From: Camelus ferus
Lineage: Eukaryota
Length of the DNA: 64,000 bases
Reading direction: 5' to 3'
Assembly (NCBI RefSeq): GCF_009834535.1
Contig: NC_045697.1
Coordinates: 119,104,001 to 119,168,000 of the forward strand
The notes below the pieces were generated by a model, which was given only the letters and a program-made list of their open reading frames with translations, did not search any database and was not told the origin of the DNA. Positions 1 to 12,400 of this stretch are shown in pieces (position 1 is the first letter of the stretch; each line of letters begins with the position of its first letter). Both the position numbers and the translations under genes were made by a program.

Positions 1-1911
1 CACTGTAAAATCAAGTTGGAGCTAGTACCTCCCCTTATAAATGTATGGAGTGGAGTTTGCTCCTTAAAAGAATCTTTCTTTTCCCAACAAGCTACGTGAA
101 GGACGGCTTTCACACACAATTATGTCTTAGAACTGAGCATGTGGAGAGACGTTCTTTCATCTAGCACAAAGGGAACGGGTTGTAGGGAAACTTATCTCTG
201 GATTCTCAGTCTGATTCCTAGTGCCGGTTTGAAGTTCCTGCAGTTTTCACTGTAAAACCTAGTTGGAGCTAGTACCTACCCATATATATGTATGGAGTGG
301 AGTTTGCAACTGAAAAGAAACTTTGTGTTCCAAACAAGCTAGGTGAGGGACGGCTTTCACACACAAATATCTCTCAGAAATGAGCATGTGGAGAATCGTT
401 CGTTCATCTAGCAAAAATTGAACGGGAGCCAGGAGAAACTTTTACTCTGGTTTTTCAGTGTGTTTCCCAGTGCCGGTTTGAAATTCCTGCAGTTATCATT
501 GTAATACCGAGTTGGAGCTAGTACCTCCCCATATATATGTATGGAGTGGAGTGTGCAACTGAAACGAAACTTTGTCTTCCCAACAAGCTAGGTGAAGAAC
601 GGCTTTAACACACAATTAACTCTCAGAACTAAGCATGTGGAGATACGTTTGGTCATCTAGCACAAAGGGAACGTTTTGCAGGGGAAAATTTTTACTCTGG
701 TTTCAAAATTTGTTTCCTAGTGCCCCTTTGAAGTTCCTGCAGTTTTCACTGTAAAACCGAGTTGGATCTTGTACATCCCAGTATATAGGTAAGGAGAGGA
801 ATTTGAAACTGAAAGAAAGTTTCTGTTCCCAACAAGCTAGGTGAAGGACGGCTTTCACACACACTTAGCTCTAAGAACTGAGCATGTGGAGAGACGTTCG
901 TTCACCAAGCACAAATGGAACGGGTTGCAGGAGAAACTATTACTCTGGTTTCTCAGTATGTTTCCAAGTGCCGGGTTGAAGTTCCTGCAGTTTTCACTGT
1001 AAAACAGATTTGGAGCTAGTACATCCCCATATATATGTATGGAGTGGAGTTTGAACCTGAAAAGAAACTTTGTGTTCCCAACAAGCTTGGTGAAGTATGG
1101 CTTCCACACAAAATTATCTCTCAGAACTGAGCATGTGGAGAGACGTTCGTTCATCTAGCACAAAGGGAACGGGTTGCAGGAGAAACATTTACTCTACTTT
1201 CTCAGTCTGTTTCCTAGTTCCGGTATGAAATTCCTGCAGTTTTCAATGTAAAACCGAGTTGGAACTAGTACCTCCCCTTATATATGTATGGACTGGAGTT
1301 TGCAACTAAAAAGAAACTCTGTATTCCCAACCAACTTGGTAAAGTACGGCTTTCACACACACGTATCTCTCAGAATTTATCATGTGGAGAGACGTTCGTT
1401 CATCTAGCACAAAGGGAACGGGTTACAGGAGGAACTTTTACTCTGGATTCTCAGTGTGTTTCCTAGTGCCGGTTTGAAGTTCCTGCATTTATCACTGTAA
1501 AACCTTGTTGGAGCTAGTACCTACCCATATATATGTATGGAGTGTTGTTTGCAACTGAAAAGAAGCTTTGTGTTCCAAACAAGTTAGGTGAGGGACGGCT
1601 TTTAAACACACATATCCCTCAGAACTGAGCATGTGGAGAGTCGTTCGTTCATCTAGCAAAAATTGAACGGGAGCCAGGAGAAACTTTTACTCTGGTTTCT
1701 CAGTGTGTTTCCCATTGCCGGTTTGAAGTTCCTGCAGTTATCACTGTAATACCGAGTTGGAGCTAGTACCTCCCCATATATATGTATGGAGTGGAGTGTG
1801 CAACTGAAAAGAAACTTTGTGTTCCCAACAAGCTAGGTGAAGGACGGCTTTAACACACAATTATCTCTCAGAACTGTGCATGTGGAGAGACGTTTGGTCA
1901 TCTAGCACAAA

Positions 1912-2409
1912 GGGAACGATTTGCAGGAGAAAATTTTTACTCTGGTTTCAAAATTTGTTTCCTAGTGCCCCTTTGAAGTTCCTGCAGTTTTCACTGTAAA
2001 ACCAAGTTGGATCTAGTACCTCCCAGTATATATGTATGGAGTGGAATTTGAAACTGAAAGAAAGTTTGTGTTCCCAACAAGCTAGGTGAAGGACGGCTTT
2101 CACACACACTTATCTCTCAGAACTGAGCATGTGGAGAGAAGTTCGTTCATCAAGCACAAAGGGAACGATTTGCAGGAGAAAATTTTTACTCTGGTTTCAA
2201 AATTTTTTTCCTAGTGCCCCTTTGAAGTTCCTGCAGTTTTCACTGTAAAACCAAGTTGGATCTAGTACATCCCAGTATATATGTATGGAGTGGAATTTGA
2301 AACTGAAAGAAAGTTTGTGTTCCCAACAAGCTAGGTGAAGGACGGCTTTCACACACACTTATCTCTCAGAACTGAGCATGTGGAGAGAAGTTCGTTCATC
2401 AAGCACAAA
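1912..2409 (+). repeat. Single-monomer tandem duplication (B-type) giving an 8-mer HOR variant
   Basis: GGGAACGATTTGCAGGAGAAAATTTTTAC occurs at 1912 and 2161 (249 apart). Both copies carry the private ACCAAGTTGGATCT variant. Confidence 0.88.
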
Positions 2410-4982
2410 TGGAACGGGTTTCATGAGAAACTTTTACACTGGTTTCTCAGTATGTTTCCTAGTGCCGGGTTGAAGTTCCTGCAGTTTTCACTGTAAAACA
2501 GATTTAGAACTAGTACATACCCATATATATGTATGGAGTGGAGTTTGAACCTGAAAAGAATCTTTGTGTTCCCAACAAGCTAGGTGAAGTATGGCTTCCA
2601 CACACACTAATCTCTCAGAACTGAGCATGTGGAGAGACTTTCGTTCATCTAGCACAAAGTGAACGGGTTACCGGAGAAACTTTTACTCTGGTTTCTCAGT
2701 GTGTTTCCCAATGCCGTTTTGAAGTTCCTGCATTTTTCACTGTAAAACCTATTTGGAACTACTACCTACCCACATATATGTATGGAGTGGTGTTTACAAC
2801 TGAAAACAATCTTTGTGTTCCCAACAAGCTAAGTGAGGGACGGCTTTCACACACACTTATCTCTCAGATCTGAGCATGTGGAGAGACGTTCGTTCATATA
2901 GCACAAATAGAGTTGTTTGTGGGAGAAACTTTTTCTCTAGTTTTCAGTCTTTTCCTTTTGCTGGTTTGCAGTTCCGGCTGATTAACTGTAAAATCGTGTT
3001 GGAGCTAGTACCCCCTATATATATGTATGGATTGGAGTTTGCAACTGAAAAGAAACTTTGTATTCCCAACAAGTTATGTGAAGGATGGCTTTCAAAGACA
3101 ATTATCTCTCAGAACTGAGCATGTGGAGAGACGTTCGTTCATCTAGCACAAAGGGAACGGTTTGCAGGAGAAATATTTACTGTATTTTCTCAGTCTGTTT
3201 CCTAGTTCCGGTATGAAATTCCTGCAGTTTTCACTGTAAAACCGAGTTGGAACTAGTACCTCCCCTTATATATGTATGGACTGGAGTTTGCAACTACAAA
3301 GGAACTCTATATTCCCAACAAACTTGGTAAAGTACGGCTTTGACACACGTGTATCTTTCAGAATTTAGCATGTGGTGAGACGTTCGTTCATCTAGCACAA
3401 AGGGAACGGGTTACAGGAGGAACTTTTACTCTGGATTCTCAGTGTGTTTCCTAGTGCCGGTTTGAAGTTCCTGCATTTATCACTGTAAAACCTTGTTGGA
3501 GCTAGTACCTACCCATATATATGTATGGAATGGTGTTTGCAACTGAAAAGAAACTTTGTGTTCCAAACAAGTTAGGTGAGGGACGGCTTATACACACACA
3601 TATCTCTCAGAACTGAGCATGTGGAGAGTCGTTCGTTCATCTAGCAAAAATTGAACGGGAGCCAGGAGAAAATTTTACTCTGGTTTCTCAGTGTGTTTCC
3701 CATTGCCGGTTTGAAGTTCCTGCAGTTATCACTGTAATACCGAGTTGGAGCTAGTACCTCCCCATATATATGTATGGAGTGGAGTGTGCAACTGAAAAGA
3801 AACTTTGTGTTCCCAACAAGCTAGGTGAAGGACGGCTTTAACACACAATTATCTCTCAGAACTGTGCATGTGAAGAGACGTTTGGTCATCTAGCACAAAG
3901 GGAACGATTTGCAGGGGAAAATTTTTACTCTGGTTTCAAAATTTGTTTCCTACTGCCCCTTTGAAGTTCCTGCAGTTTTCACTATAAAACCGAGTTGGAT
4001 CTAGTACCTCCCAGTATATATGTACGGAGTGGAATTTGAAAATGAAAGTAAGTTTGTGTTCCCAACAAGCTAGGTGAAGGACGGCTTTCACACACACTTA
4101 GCTCTCAGAACTGAGCATGTGGAGAGACGTTCGTTCATCAAGCACAAATGGAACGGGTTGCAGGAGAAACTTTTACACTGGTTTCTCAGTATGTTTCCTA
4201 GTGCCGGGTTGAAGTTCCTGCAGTTTTCACTGTAAAACAGATTTGGAGCTAGTACATCCCCATATATATATATGGAGTGGAGTTTGAACCTGAAGAGAAT
4301 CTTTGTGTTCCCAACAAGCTAGGTGAAGTATGGCTTCCACACACACTAATCTCTCAGAACTGAGCATGTGGAGAGACGTTCGTTCATCTAGCACAAAGTG
4401 AACGGGTTACCGGAGAAACTTTTACTCTGGTTTCTCAGTGTGTTTCCCAGTGCCGGTTTCAAGTTCCTGCAGTTTTCACTGTAAAACTTATTTGGAACTA
4501 CTACCTACTGACATATATGTATGGATTGGTGTTTTCAACTGAAAACAATCTTTGGGTTCCCAACAAGCTAAGTGAGGGACGGCTTTCACACACACTTATC
4601 TCTCAGATCTGAGCATGTGGAGAGACATTCGTTCATATAGCACAAATGGAGTTGTTTGCAGGAGAAACTTTTTCTCTAGTTTTCAGTCTTTTCCTTTTGC
4701 CGGTTTGCAGTTCCTGCTGATTAACTGTAAAATCGTGTTGGAGCTAGTACCCCCTATATATATGTATGGATTGGAGTTTGCAACTGAAAAGAAACTTTGT
4801 GTTCCCAACAAGTTATGTGAAGGACGGCTTTCACAGACAATTATCTCTCAGAACTGAGCATGTGGAGAGACGTTCGTTCATCTAGCACAAAGGGAACGGG
4901 TTGCAGGAGAAACATTTACTGTATTTTCTCAGTCTGTTTCCTAGTTCCGGTATGAAATTCCTGCAGTTTTCAATGTAAAACC

Positions 4983-6478
4983 GTTGGAACAAGTAAATCC
5001 CCTTATATAAGTATGGACTGGAGTTTGCAACTAAAAAGAAACTCTGTATCCCCAACAAACTTGTTAAAGTTCGGCATTCAAACACACGTATCTCTCAGAA
5101 TTTAGCATGTGGAGAGACGTTCGTTCATCTAGCACAAAGGGAACGCGTTACAGGAGGAACTTTTACTCTGGATTCTCAGTGAGTTTCCTAGTGCCGGTTT
5201 GAAGTTCCTGCATTTATCACTGTAAAACCTAGTTGGAGCTATTACCTACCCATATATATGTATGGAGTGGAGTTTGCAACTGAAAAGAAACTTTGTGTTT
5301 AAAACAAGCTAGGTGAGGGACGGCTTTCACACACACATATCCCTCAGAACTGAGCATGTGGAGAATCGTTCGTTCATCTAGCAAAAATTGAACGGGAGCC
5401 AGGAGAAACTTTTACTCTGGTTTCTCAGTGTGTTTCCCAGTGCCGGTTTGAAGTTCCTGCAGTTATAACTGTAATACCGTGTTGGAGCTAGTACCTCCCC
5501 ATATATATGTATGGAGTGGAGTGTGCAACTGAAACGAAACTTTGTGTTCCCAACAAGCTAGGTGAAGAACGGCTTTAACAAACAATTATCTCTCAGAACT
5601 GAGCATGTGGAGAGACGTTCGGTCATCTAGCACAAAGGGAACGATTTGCAGGGGAAAATTTTTACTCTGGTTTCAAAATTTGTTTCCTAGTGCCCCTTTG
5701 AATTTCCTGCAGTTTTCACTGTAAAACCGAGTTGGAACAAGTAAATCCCCTTATATAAGTATGGACTGGAGTTTGCAACTAAAAAGAAACTCTGTATCCC
5801 CAACAAACTTGGTAAAGTTCGGCATTCAAACACACGTATCTCTCAGAATTTAGCATGTGGAGAGACGTTCTTTCATCTAGCACAAAGGGAACGCGTTACA
5901 GGAGGAACTTTTACTCTGGATTCTCAGTGAGTTTCCTAGTGCCGGTTTGAAGTTCCTGCATTTATCACTGTAAAACCTAGTTGGAGCTATTACCTACCCA
6001 TATATATGTATGGAGTGGAGTTTGCAACTGAAAGAAACTTTGTGTTTAAAACAAGCTAGGTGAGGGACGGCTTTCACACACACATATCCCTCAGAACTGA
6101 GCATGTGGAGAATCGTTCGTTCATCTAGCAAAAATTGAACGGGAGCCAGGAGAAACTTTTACTCTTGTTTCTCAGTGTGTTTCCCAGTGCCGGTTTGAAG
6201 TTCCTGCAGTTATAACTGTAATACCGTGTTGGAGCTAGTACCTCCCCATATATATGTATGGAGTGGAGTGTGCAACTGAAACGAAACTTTGTGTTCCCAA
6301 CAAGCTAGGTGAAGAACGGCTTTAACAAACAATTATCTCTCAGAACTGAGCATGTGGAGAGACGTTCGGTCATCTAGCACAAAGGGAACGATTTGCAGGG
6401 GAAAATTTTTACTCTGGTTTCAAAATTTGTTTCCTAGTGCCCCTTTGAAGTTCCTGCAGTTTTCACTGTAAAACCGAG
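4983..6478 (+). repeat. 3-monomer tandem duplication (G-A-B, ~748 bp) inside the HOR
   Basis: GTTGGAACAAGTAAATCCCC occurs at 4983 and 5731. Both copies share the private variants TGTTTAAAACAAG, ATACCGTGTTGG and TTTAACAAACAA. Confidence 0.9.
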
Positions 6479-9400
6479 TTGGATCTAGTACCTCCCAGTA
6501 TATATGTACGGAGTGGAATTTGAAACTGAAAGAAAGTTTGTGTTCCCAACAAGCTAGGTGAAGGACGGCTTTCACACACACTTATCTTGCAGAACTGAGC
6601 ATGTGGAGAGACGTTCGTTCATCAAGCACAAATGGAACGGGATGCAGGAGAAACTATTACTCTGGTTTCTCAGTATGTTTTCCTAGTGCCGGGTTTAAGT
6701 TCCTGCAGTTTTCACTGTAAAACAGATTTGGAGCTAGTACATCCCCATATATATGTATGGAGTGGAGTTTGAACCTGAAAAGAAACTTTGTGTTCCCAAC
6801 AAGCTAGGTGAAGTATGGCTTCCACACACACTTATCTCTCAGAACTGTGCATGTGGAGAGACGTTCATTCATCTAGCACAAAGTGAACGGGTTACCGGAG
6901 AAACTTTTACTCTGGTTTCTCAGTGTGTTTCCCAGTGCCGTTTTGAAGTTCCTGCAGTTTTCACTGTAAAATTTATTTGGAGCTACTACCTACCCACATA
7001 TATGTATGGAGTGGTGTTTGCAACTGAAAACAATCTTTGTGTTCCCAACAAGCTAAGTGAGGGACGGGTTTCACACACACTTATCTCTCAGATCTGAGCA
7101 TGTGGAGAGACGTTCGTTCATATAGCACAAATGGAGTTGTTTGCAGGAGAAACTTTTTCTCTAGTTTTCAGTCTTTTCCTTTTGCTGGTTTGCAGTTCCT
7201 GCTGATTAACTGTAAAATCGTGTTGGAGCTAGTACCCCCTATATATATGTATGGATTGGAGTTTGCAACTGAAAATAAACTTTGTATTCCCAAAAAGTTA
7301 TGTGAAGGACGGCTTTCAAAGACAATTATCTGTCAGAACTGAGCATGTGGAGAGACGTTCGTTCATCTAGCACAAAGGGAACGGGTTGCAGGAGAAACAT
7401 TTACTGTATTTTCTCAGTCTGTTTCCTAGTTCCGGTATGAAATTCCTGCAGTTTTCACTGTAAAACCGAGTTGGAACTAGTACCTCCTCTTATATATGTA
7501 TGGACTGGTGTTTGCAACTAAAAAGAAACTCTATATTCCCAACAAACTTGTTAAAGTACGGCTTTCACACACACGTATCTCTCAGAATATAGCATGTGGT
7601 GAGACGTTCGTTCATCTAGCACAAAGGGAACGGGTTACAGGAGGAACTTTTACTCTGGAGTCTCAGTGTGTTTCCTAGTGCCGGTTTGAAGTTCCTGCAT
7701 TTATCACTGTAAAACCTTGTTGGAGCTAGTACCTACCCATATATATGTATGGAGTGGTGTTTGCAACTGAAAAGAAGCTTTGTGTTCCAAACAAGTTAGG
7801 TGAGGGACGGCTTTTACACACACATATCTCTCAGAACTGAGCATTGTGGAGAGTCGTTCGTTCATCTAGCAAAAATTGAACGGGAGCCAGGAGAAACTTT
7901 TACTTTGGTTTCTCAGTGTGTTTCCCATTGCCGGTTTGAAGTTCCTGCAGTTATCACTGTAATACCGAGTTGGAGCTAGTACCTCCCCATATATATGTAT
8001 GGAGTGGAGTGTGCAACTGAAATGAAACTTTGTGTTCCCAACAAGCTAGGTGAAGCACGGCTTTAACACACAATTATCTCTCAGAACTGTGCATGTGAAG
8101 AGACGTTTGGTCATCTAGCACAAAGGGAACGATTTGCAGGAGAAAATTTTTATTCTGGTTTCAAAATTTGTTTCCTAGTGCCCCTTTGAAGTTCCTGCAG
8201 TTTTCACTATAAAACCGAGTTGGATCTAGTACCTCCCAGTATATATGTACGGAGTGGAATTTGAAACTGAAAGAAAGTTTGTGTTCCCAACAAGCTAGGT
8301 GAAGGAAGGCTTTCACACACACTTAGCTCTCAGAACTGAGCATGTGGAGAGAAGTTCGTTCATCAAGCACAAATGGAACGGGTTTCAGGAGAAACTTTTA
8401 CACTGGTTTCTCTGTATGTTTCCTAGTGCCGGGTTGAAGTTCCTGCAGTTTTCACTGTAAAACAGATTTGGAGCTAGTACATCCCCATATATATGTATGG
8501 AGTGGAGTTTGAACCTGAAAAGAATCTTTGTGTTCCCAACAAGCTAGGTGAAGTATGGCTTCCACACACACTAATCTCTCAGAACTGAGCATGTGGAGAG
8601 ACGTTCGTTCATCTAGCACAAAGTGAACGGGTTACCGGAGAAACTTTTACTCTGGTTTCTCAGTGTGTTTCCCAGTGCCGGCTTGAAGTTCCTGCCGTTT
8701 TCACTGTAAAACTTATTTGGAGCTACTACCTACCCACATATATGTATGGATTGGTGTTTTCAACTGAAAACAATCTTTGGGTTCCCAACAAGCTAAGTGA
8801 GGGACGGCTTTCACACACACTTATCTCTCAGATCTGAGCATGTGGAGAGACATTCGTTCATATAGCACAAATGGAGTTGTTTGCAGGAGAAACTTTTTCT
8901 CTAGTTTTCAGTCTTTTCCTTTTGCCGGTTTGCAGTTCCTGCTGATTAACTGTAAAATCGTGTTGGAGCTAGTACCCCCTATATATATGTATGGATTGGA
9001 GTTTGCAACTGAAAAGAAACTTTGTGTTCCCAACAAGTTATGTGAAGGATGGCTTTCACAGACAATTATCTCTCAGAACTGAGCATGTGGAGAGACGTTC
9101 GTTCATCTAGCACAAAGGGAACGGGTTGCAGGAGAAACATTTACAGTATTTTTTCAGTCTGTTTCCTAGTTCTGGTATGAAATTCCTGCAGTTTTCAATG
9201 TAAAACCGGGTTGGAACTAGTAAATCCCCTTATATAAGTATGGACTGGAGTTTGCAACTAAAAAAAACACTGTATCCCCAACAAACTTGGTAAAGTTCGG
9301 CATTCAATCACACGTATCTCTCAGAATTTAGCATGTTTAGAGACGTTCGTTCATCTAGCACAAAGGGAACGCGTTACAGGAGGAACTTTTACTCTGGATT

Positions 9401-12400
9401 CTCAGTGAGTTTCCTAGTACCGGTTTGAAGTTCCTGCATTTATCACTGTAAAACCTAGTTGAAGCTAGTACCTACCCATATATATGTATGGAGTGGAGTG
9501 TGCAACTGAAAAGAAACTTTGTGTTCCAAACAAGCTAGGTGAGGGACGGCTTTCACACACACATATCTCTCAGAACTGAGCATGTGGAGAGTCGTTCGTT
9601 CATCTAGCAAAAATTGAACGGGAGCCAGGAGAAACTTTTACTCTGGTTTCTCAGTGTGTTTCCCAGTGCCGGTTTGAAGTTCCTGCAGTTATAACTGTAA
9701 TACCGAGTTGGAGCTAGTACCTCCCCATATATATGTATGGAGTGGTGTGTGCAACTTAAACGAAACTTTGTGTTCCCAACAAGCTAGGTGAAGAACGGCT
9801 TTAACACACAATTATCTCTCAGAACTGAGCATGTGGAGAGACGTTCGGTCATCTAGCACAAAAGGAACGTTTTGCAGGAGAAAATTTTTACTCTGGTTTC
9901 AAAATTTGTTTCCGAGTGCCCCTTTGAAGTTCCTGCACTTTTCACTGTAAAACCGAGTTGGATCTATTACCTCCCAGTATATATGCATGGAATGGAATTT
10001 GAAACTGAAAGAAAGTTTGTGTTCCCAACAAGCTAGGTGAAGGACGGCTTTCACACACACTTATCTCTCAGAACTGAGCATGTGGAGAGACGTTCGTTCA
10101 TCAAGCACAAATGGAACGGGTTGCAGGAGAATTTTTTACTCTGGTTTCTCAGTATGTTTCCTATTGCCGGGTTGAAGTTCCTGCAGTTTTCACTGTAAAA
10201 CAGATTTGGAGCTAGTACATCCCCTTATATATGTATGGAGTGGAGTTTGAACCTGAAAAGAAACTTTGTGTTCCCAACAAACTAGGTGAATTATGGCTTC
10301 CACACACACTTGTCTCTCAGAACTGAGCATGTGGAGAGACGTGCGTTCATCTAGCACAAAGTGAACGGGTTACCGGTGAAACTTTTACTCTGGTTTCTCA
10401 GTGTGTTTCCCAGTGCCGGCTTGAAGTTCCTGCAGTTTTCACTGTAAAACTTATTTGGAGCTACTACCTACCCACATATATGTATGGATTGGTGTTTTCA
10501 ACTGAAAACAATCTTTGGGTTCCCAACAAGCTAAGTGAGGGACGGCTTTCACACACACTTATCTCTCAGATCTGAGCATGTGGAGAGACATTCGTTCATA
10601 TAGCACAAATGGAGTGGTTTGCAGGAGAAACTTTTTCTCTAGTTTTCAGTCTTTTCCTTTTGCCGGTTTGCAGTTCCTGCTGATTAACTGTAAAATCGTG
10701 TTGGAGCTAGTACCCCCTATGTATATGTATGGTTTGGAGTTTGTAACTGAAAAGAAACTTTGTGTTCCCAACAAGTTATGTGAAGGACGGCTTTCACAGA
10801 AAATTATCTCTCAGAACTGAGCATGTGGAGAGACGTTCGTTCATCTAGCACAAAGGGAACGGGTTGCAGGAGAAACATTTACAGTATTTTTTCAGTCTGT
10901 TTCCTAGTTCCGGTATGAAATTCCTGCAGTTTTCAATGTAAAACCGAGTTGGAACTAGTAAATCCCCTTATATAAGTATGGACTGGAGTTTGCAACTAAA
11001 AAGAAACTCTGTATCCCCAACAAACTTGGTAAAGTTCGGCATTCAAACACACGTATCTCTCAGAATTTAGCATGTGGAGAGACGTTCGTTCATCTAGCAC
11101 AAAGGGAACGCGTTACAGGAGGAACTTTTACTCTGGATTCTCAGTGAGTTTCCTAGTACCGGTTTGAAGTTCCTGCATTTATCACTGTAAAACCTAGTTG
11201 AAGCTAGTACCTACCCATATATATGTATGGAGTGGAGTTTGCAACTGAAAAGAAACTTTGTGTTCCAAACAAGCTAGGTGAGGGACGGCTTTCACACACA
11301 CATATCTCTCAGAACTGAGCATGTGGAGAGTCGTTCGTTCATCTAGCAAAAATTGAACGGGAGCCAGGAGAAACTTTTACTCTGGTTTCTCAGTGTGTTT
11401 CCCAGTGCCGGTTTGAAGTTCCTGCAGTTATAACTGTAATACCGAGTTGGAGCTAGTACCTCCCCATATATATTTATGGATTGGTGTGTGCAACTTAAAC
11501 GAAACTTTGTGTTCCCAACAAGCTAGGTGAAGAACGGCTTTAACACACAATTATCTCTCAGAACTGAGCATGTTGAGAGACGTTCGTTCATCTAGCACAA
11601 AGGAAACTTTTTGCAGGAGAAAATTTTTACTCTGGTTTCAAAATTTGTTTCCTAGTGCCCCTTTGAAGTTCCTGCACTTTTCACTGTAAAACCGAGTTGG
11701 ATCTATTACCTCCCAGTATATATGTACGGAATGGAATTTGAAACTGAAAGAAAGTTTGTGTTCCCAACAAGCTAGGTGAAGGACGGCTTTCACACACACT
11801 TATCTCTCAGAACTGAGCATATGGAGAGACGTTCGTAAATCAAGCACAAATGGAACGGGTTGCAGGAGAATCTTTTACTCTGGTTTCTCAGTATGTTTCC
11901 TAGTGCCGGGTTGAAGTTCCTGCAGTTTTCACTGTAAAACAGATTTGGAGCTAGTACATCCCCATATATATGTATGGAGTGGAGTTTGAACCTGAAAAGA
12001 AACTTTGTGTTCCCAACAAGCTAGGTGAAGAACGGCTTTAACAAACAATTATCTCTCAGAACTGAGCATGTGGAGAGACGTTCGGTCATCTAGCACAAAG
12101 GGAACGATTTGCAGGGGAAAATTTTTACTCTGGTTTCAAAATTTGTTTCCTAGTGCCCCTTTGAATTTCCTGCAGTTTTCACTGTAAAACCGAGTTGGAA
12201 CAAGTAAATCCCCTTATATAAGTATGGACTGGAGTTTGCAACTAAAAAGAAACTCTGTATCCCCAACAAACTTGGTAAAGTTCGGCATTCAAACACACGT
12301 ATCTCTCAGAATTTAGCATGTGGAGAGACGTTCTTTCATCTAGCACAAAGGGAACGCGTTACAGGAGGAACTTTTACTCTGGATTCTCAGTGAGTTTCCT

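Noticed and set aside
281..370. TATA-like (ATATATAT) and (CA)n tracts as promoter or microsatellite
   Set aside because: These are short fixed parts of every monomer, with no downstream gene and no expansion.
1742..1991. Monomer as an ancient ~124-bp dimer (TTGCAACTGAAAAGAAACTTT vs TTGCAGGAGAAACTTT, ~123 bp apart)
   Set aside because: Similarity is limited to one short motif and the remaining halves do not align by eye.
6753..7097. Faint C2H2 zinc-finger flavour (CGETF..HL..TGE; 249 bp is close to 3x84)
   Set aside because: No CxxC..HxxxH spacing and no 83/84-bp sub-periodicity is visible in the monomer. A profile search (Pfam zf-C2H2) would be needed to revive the idea.
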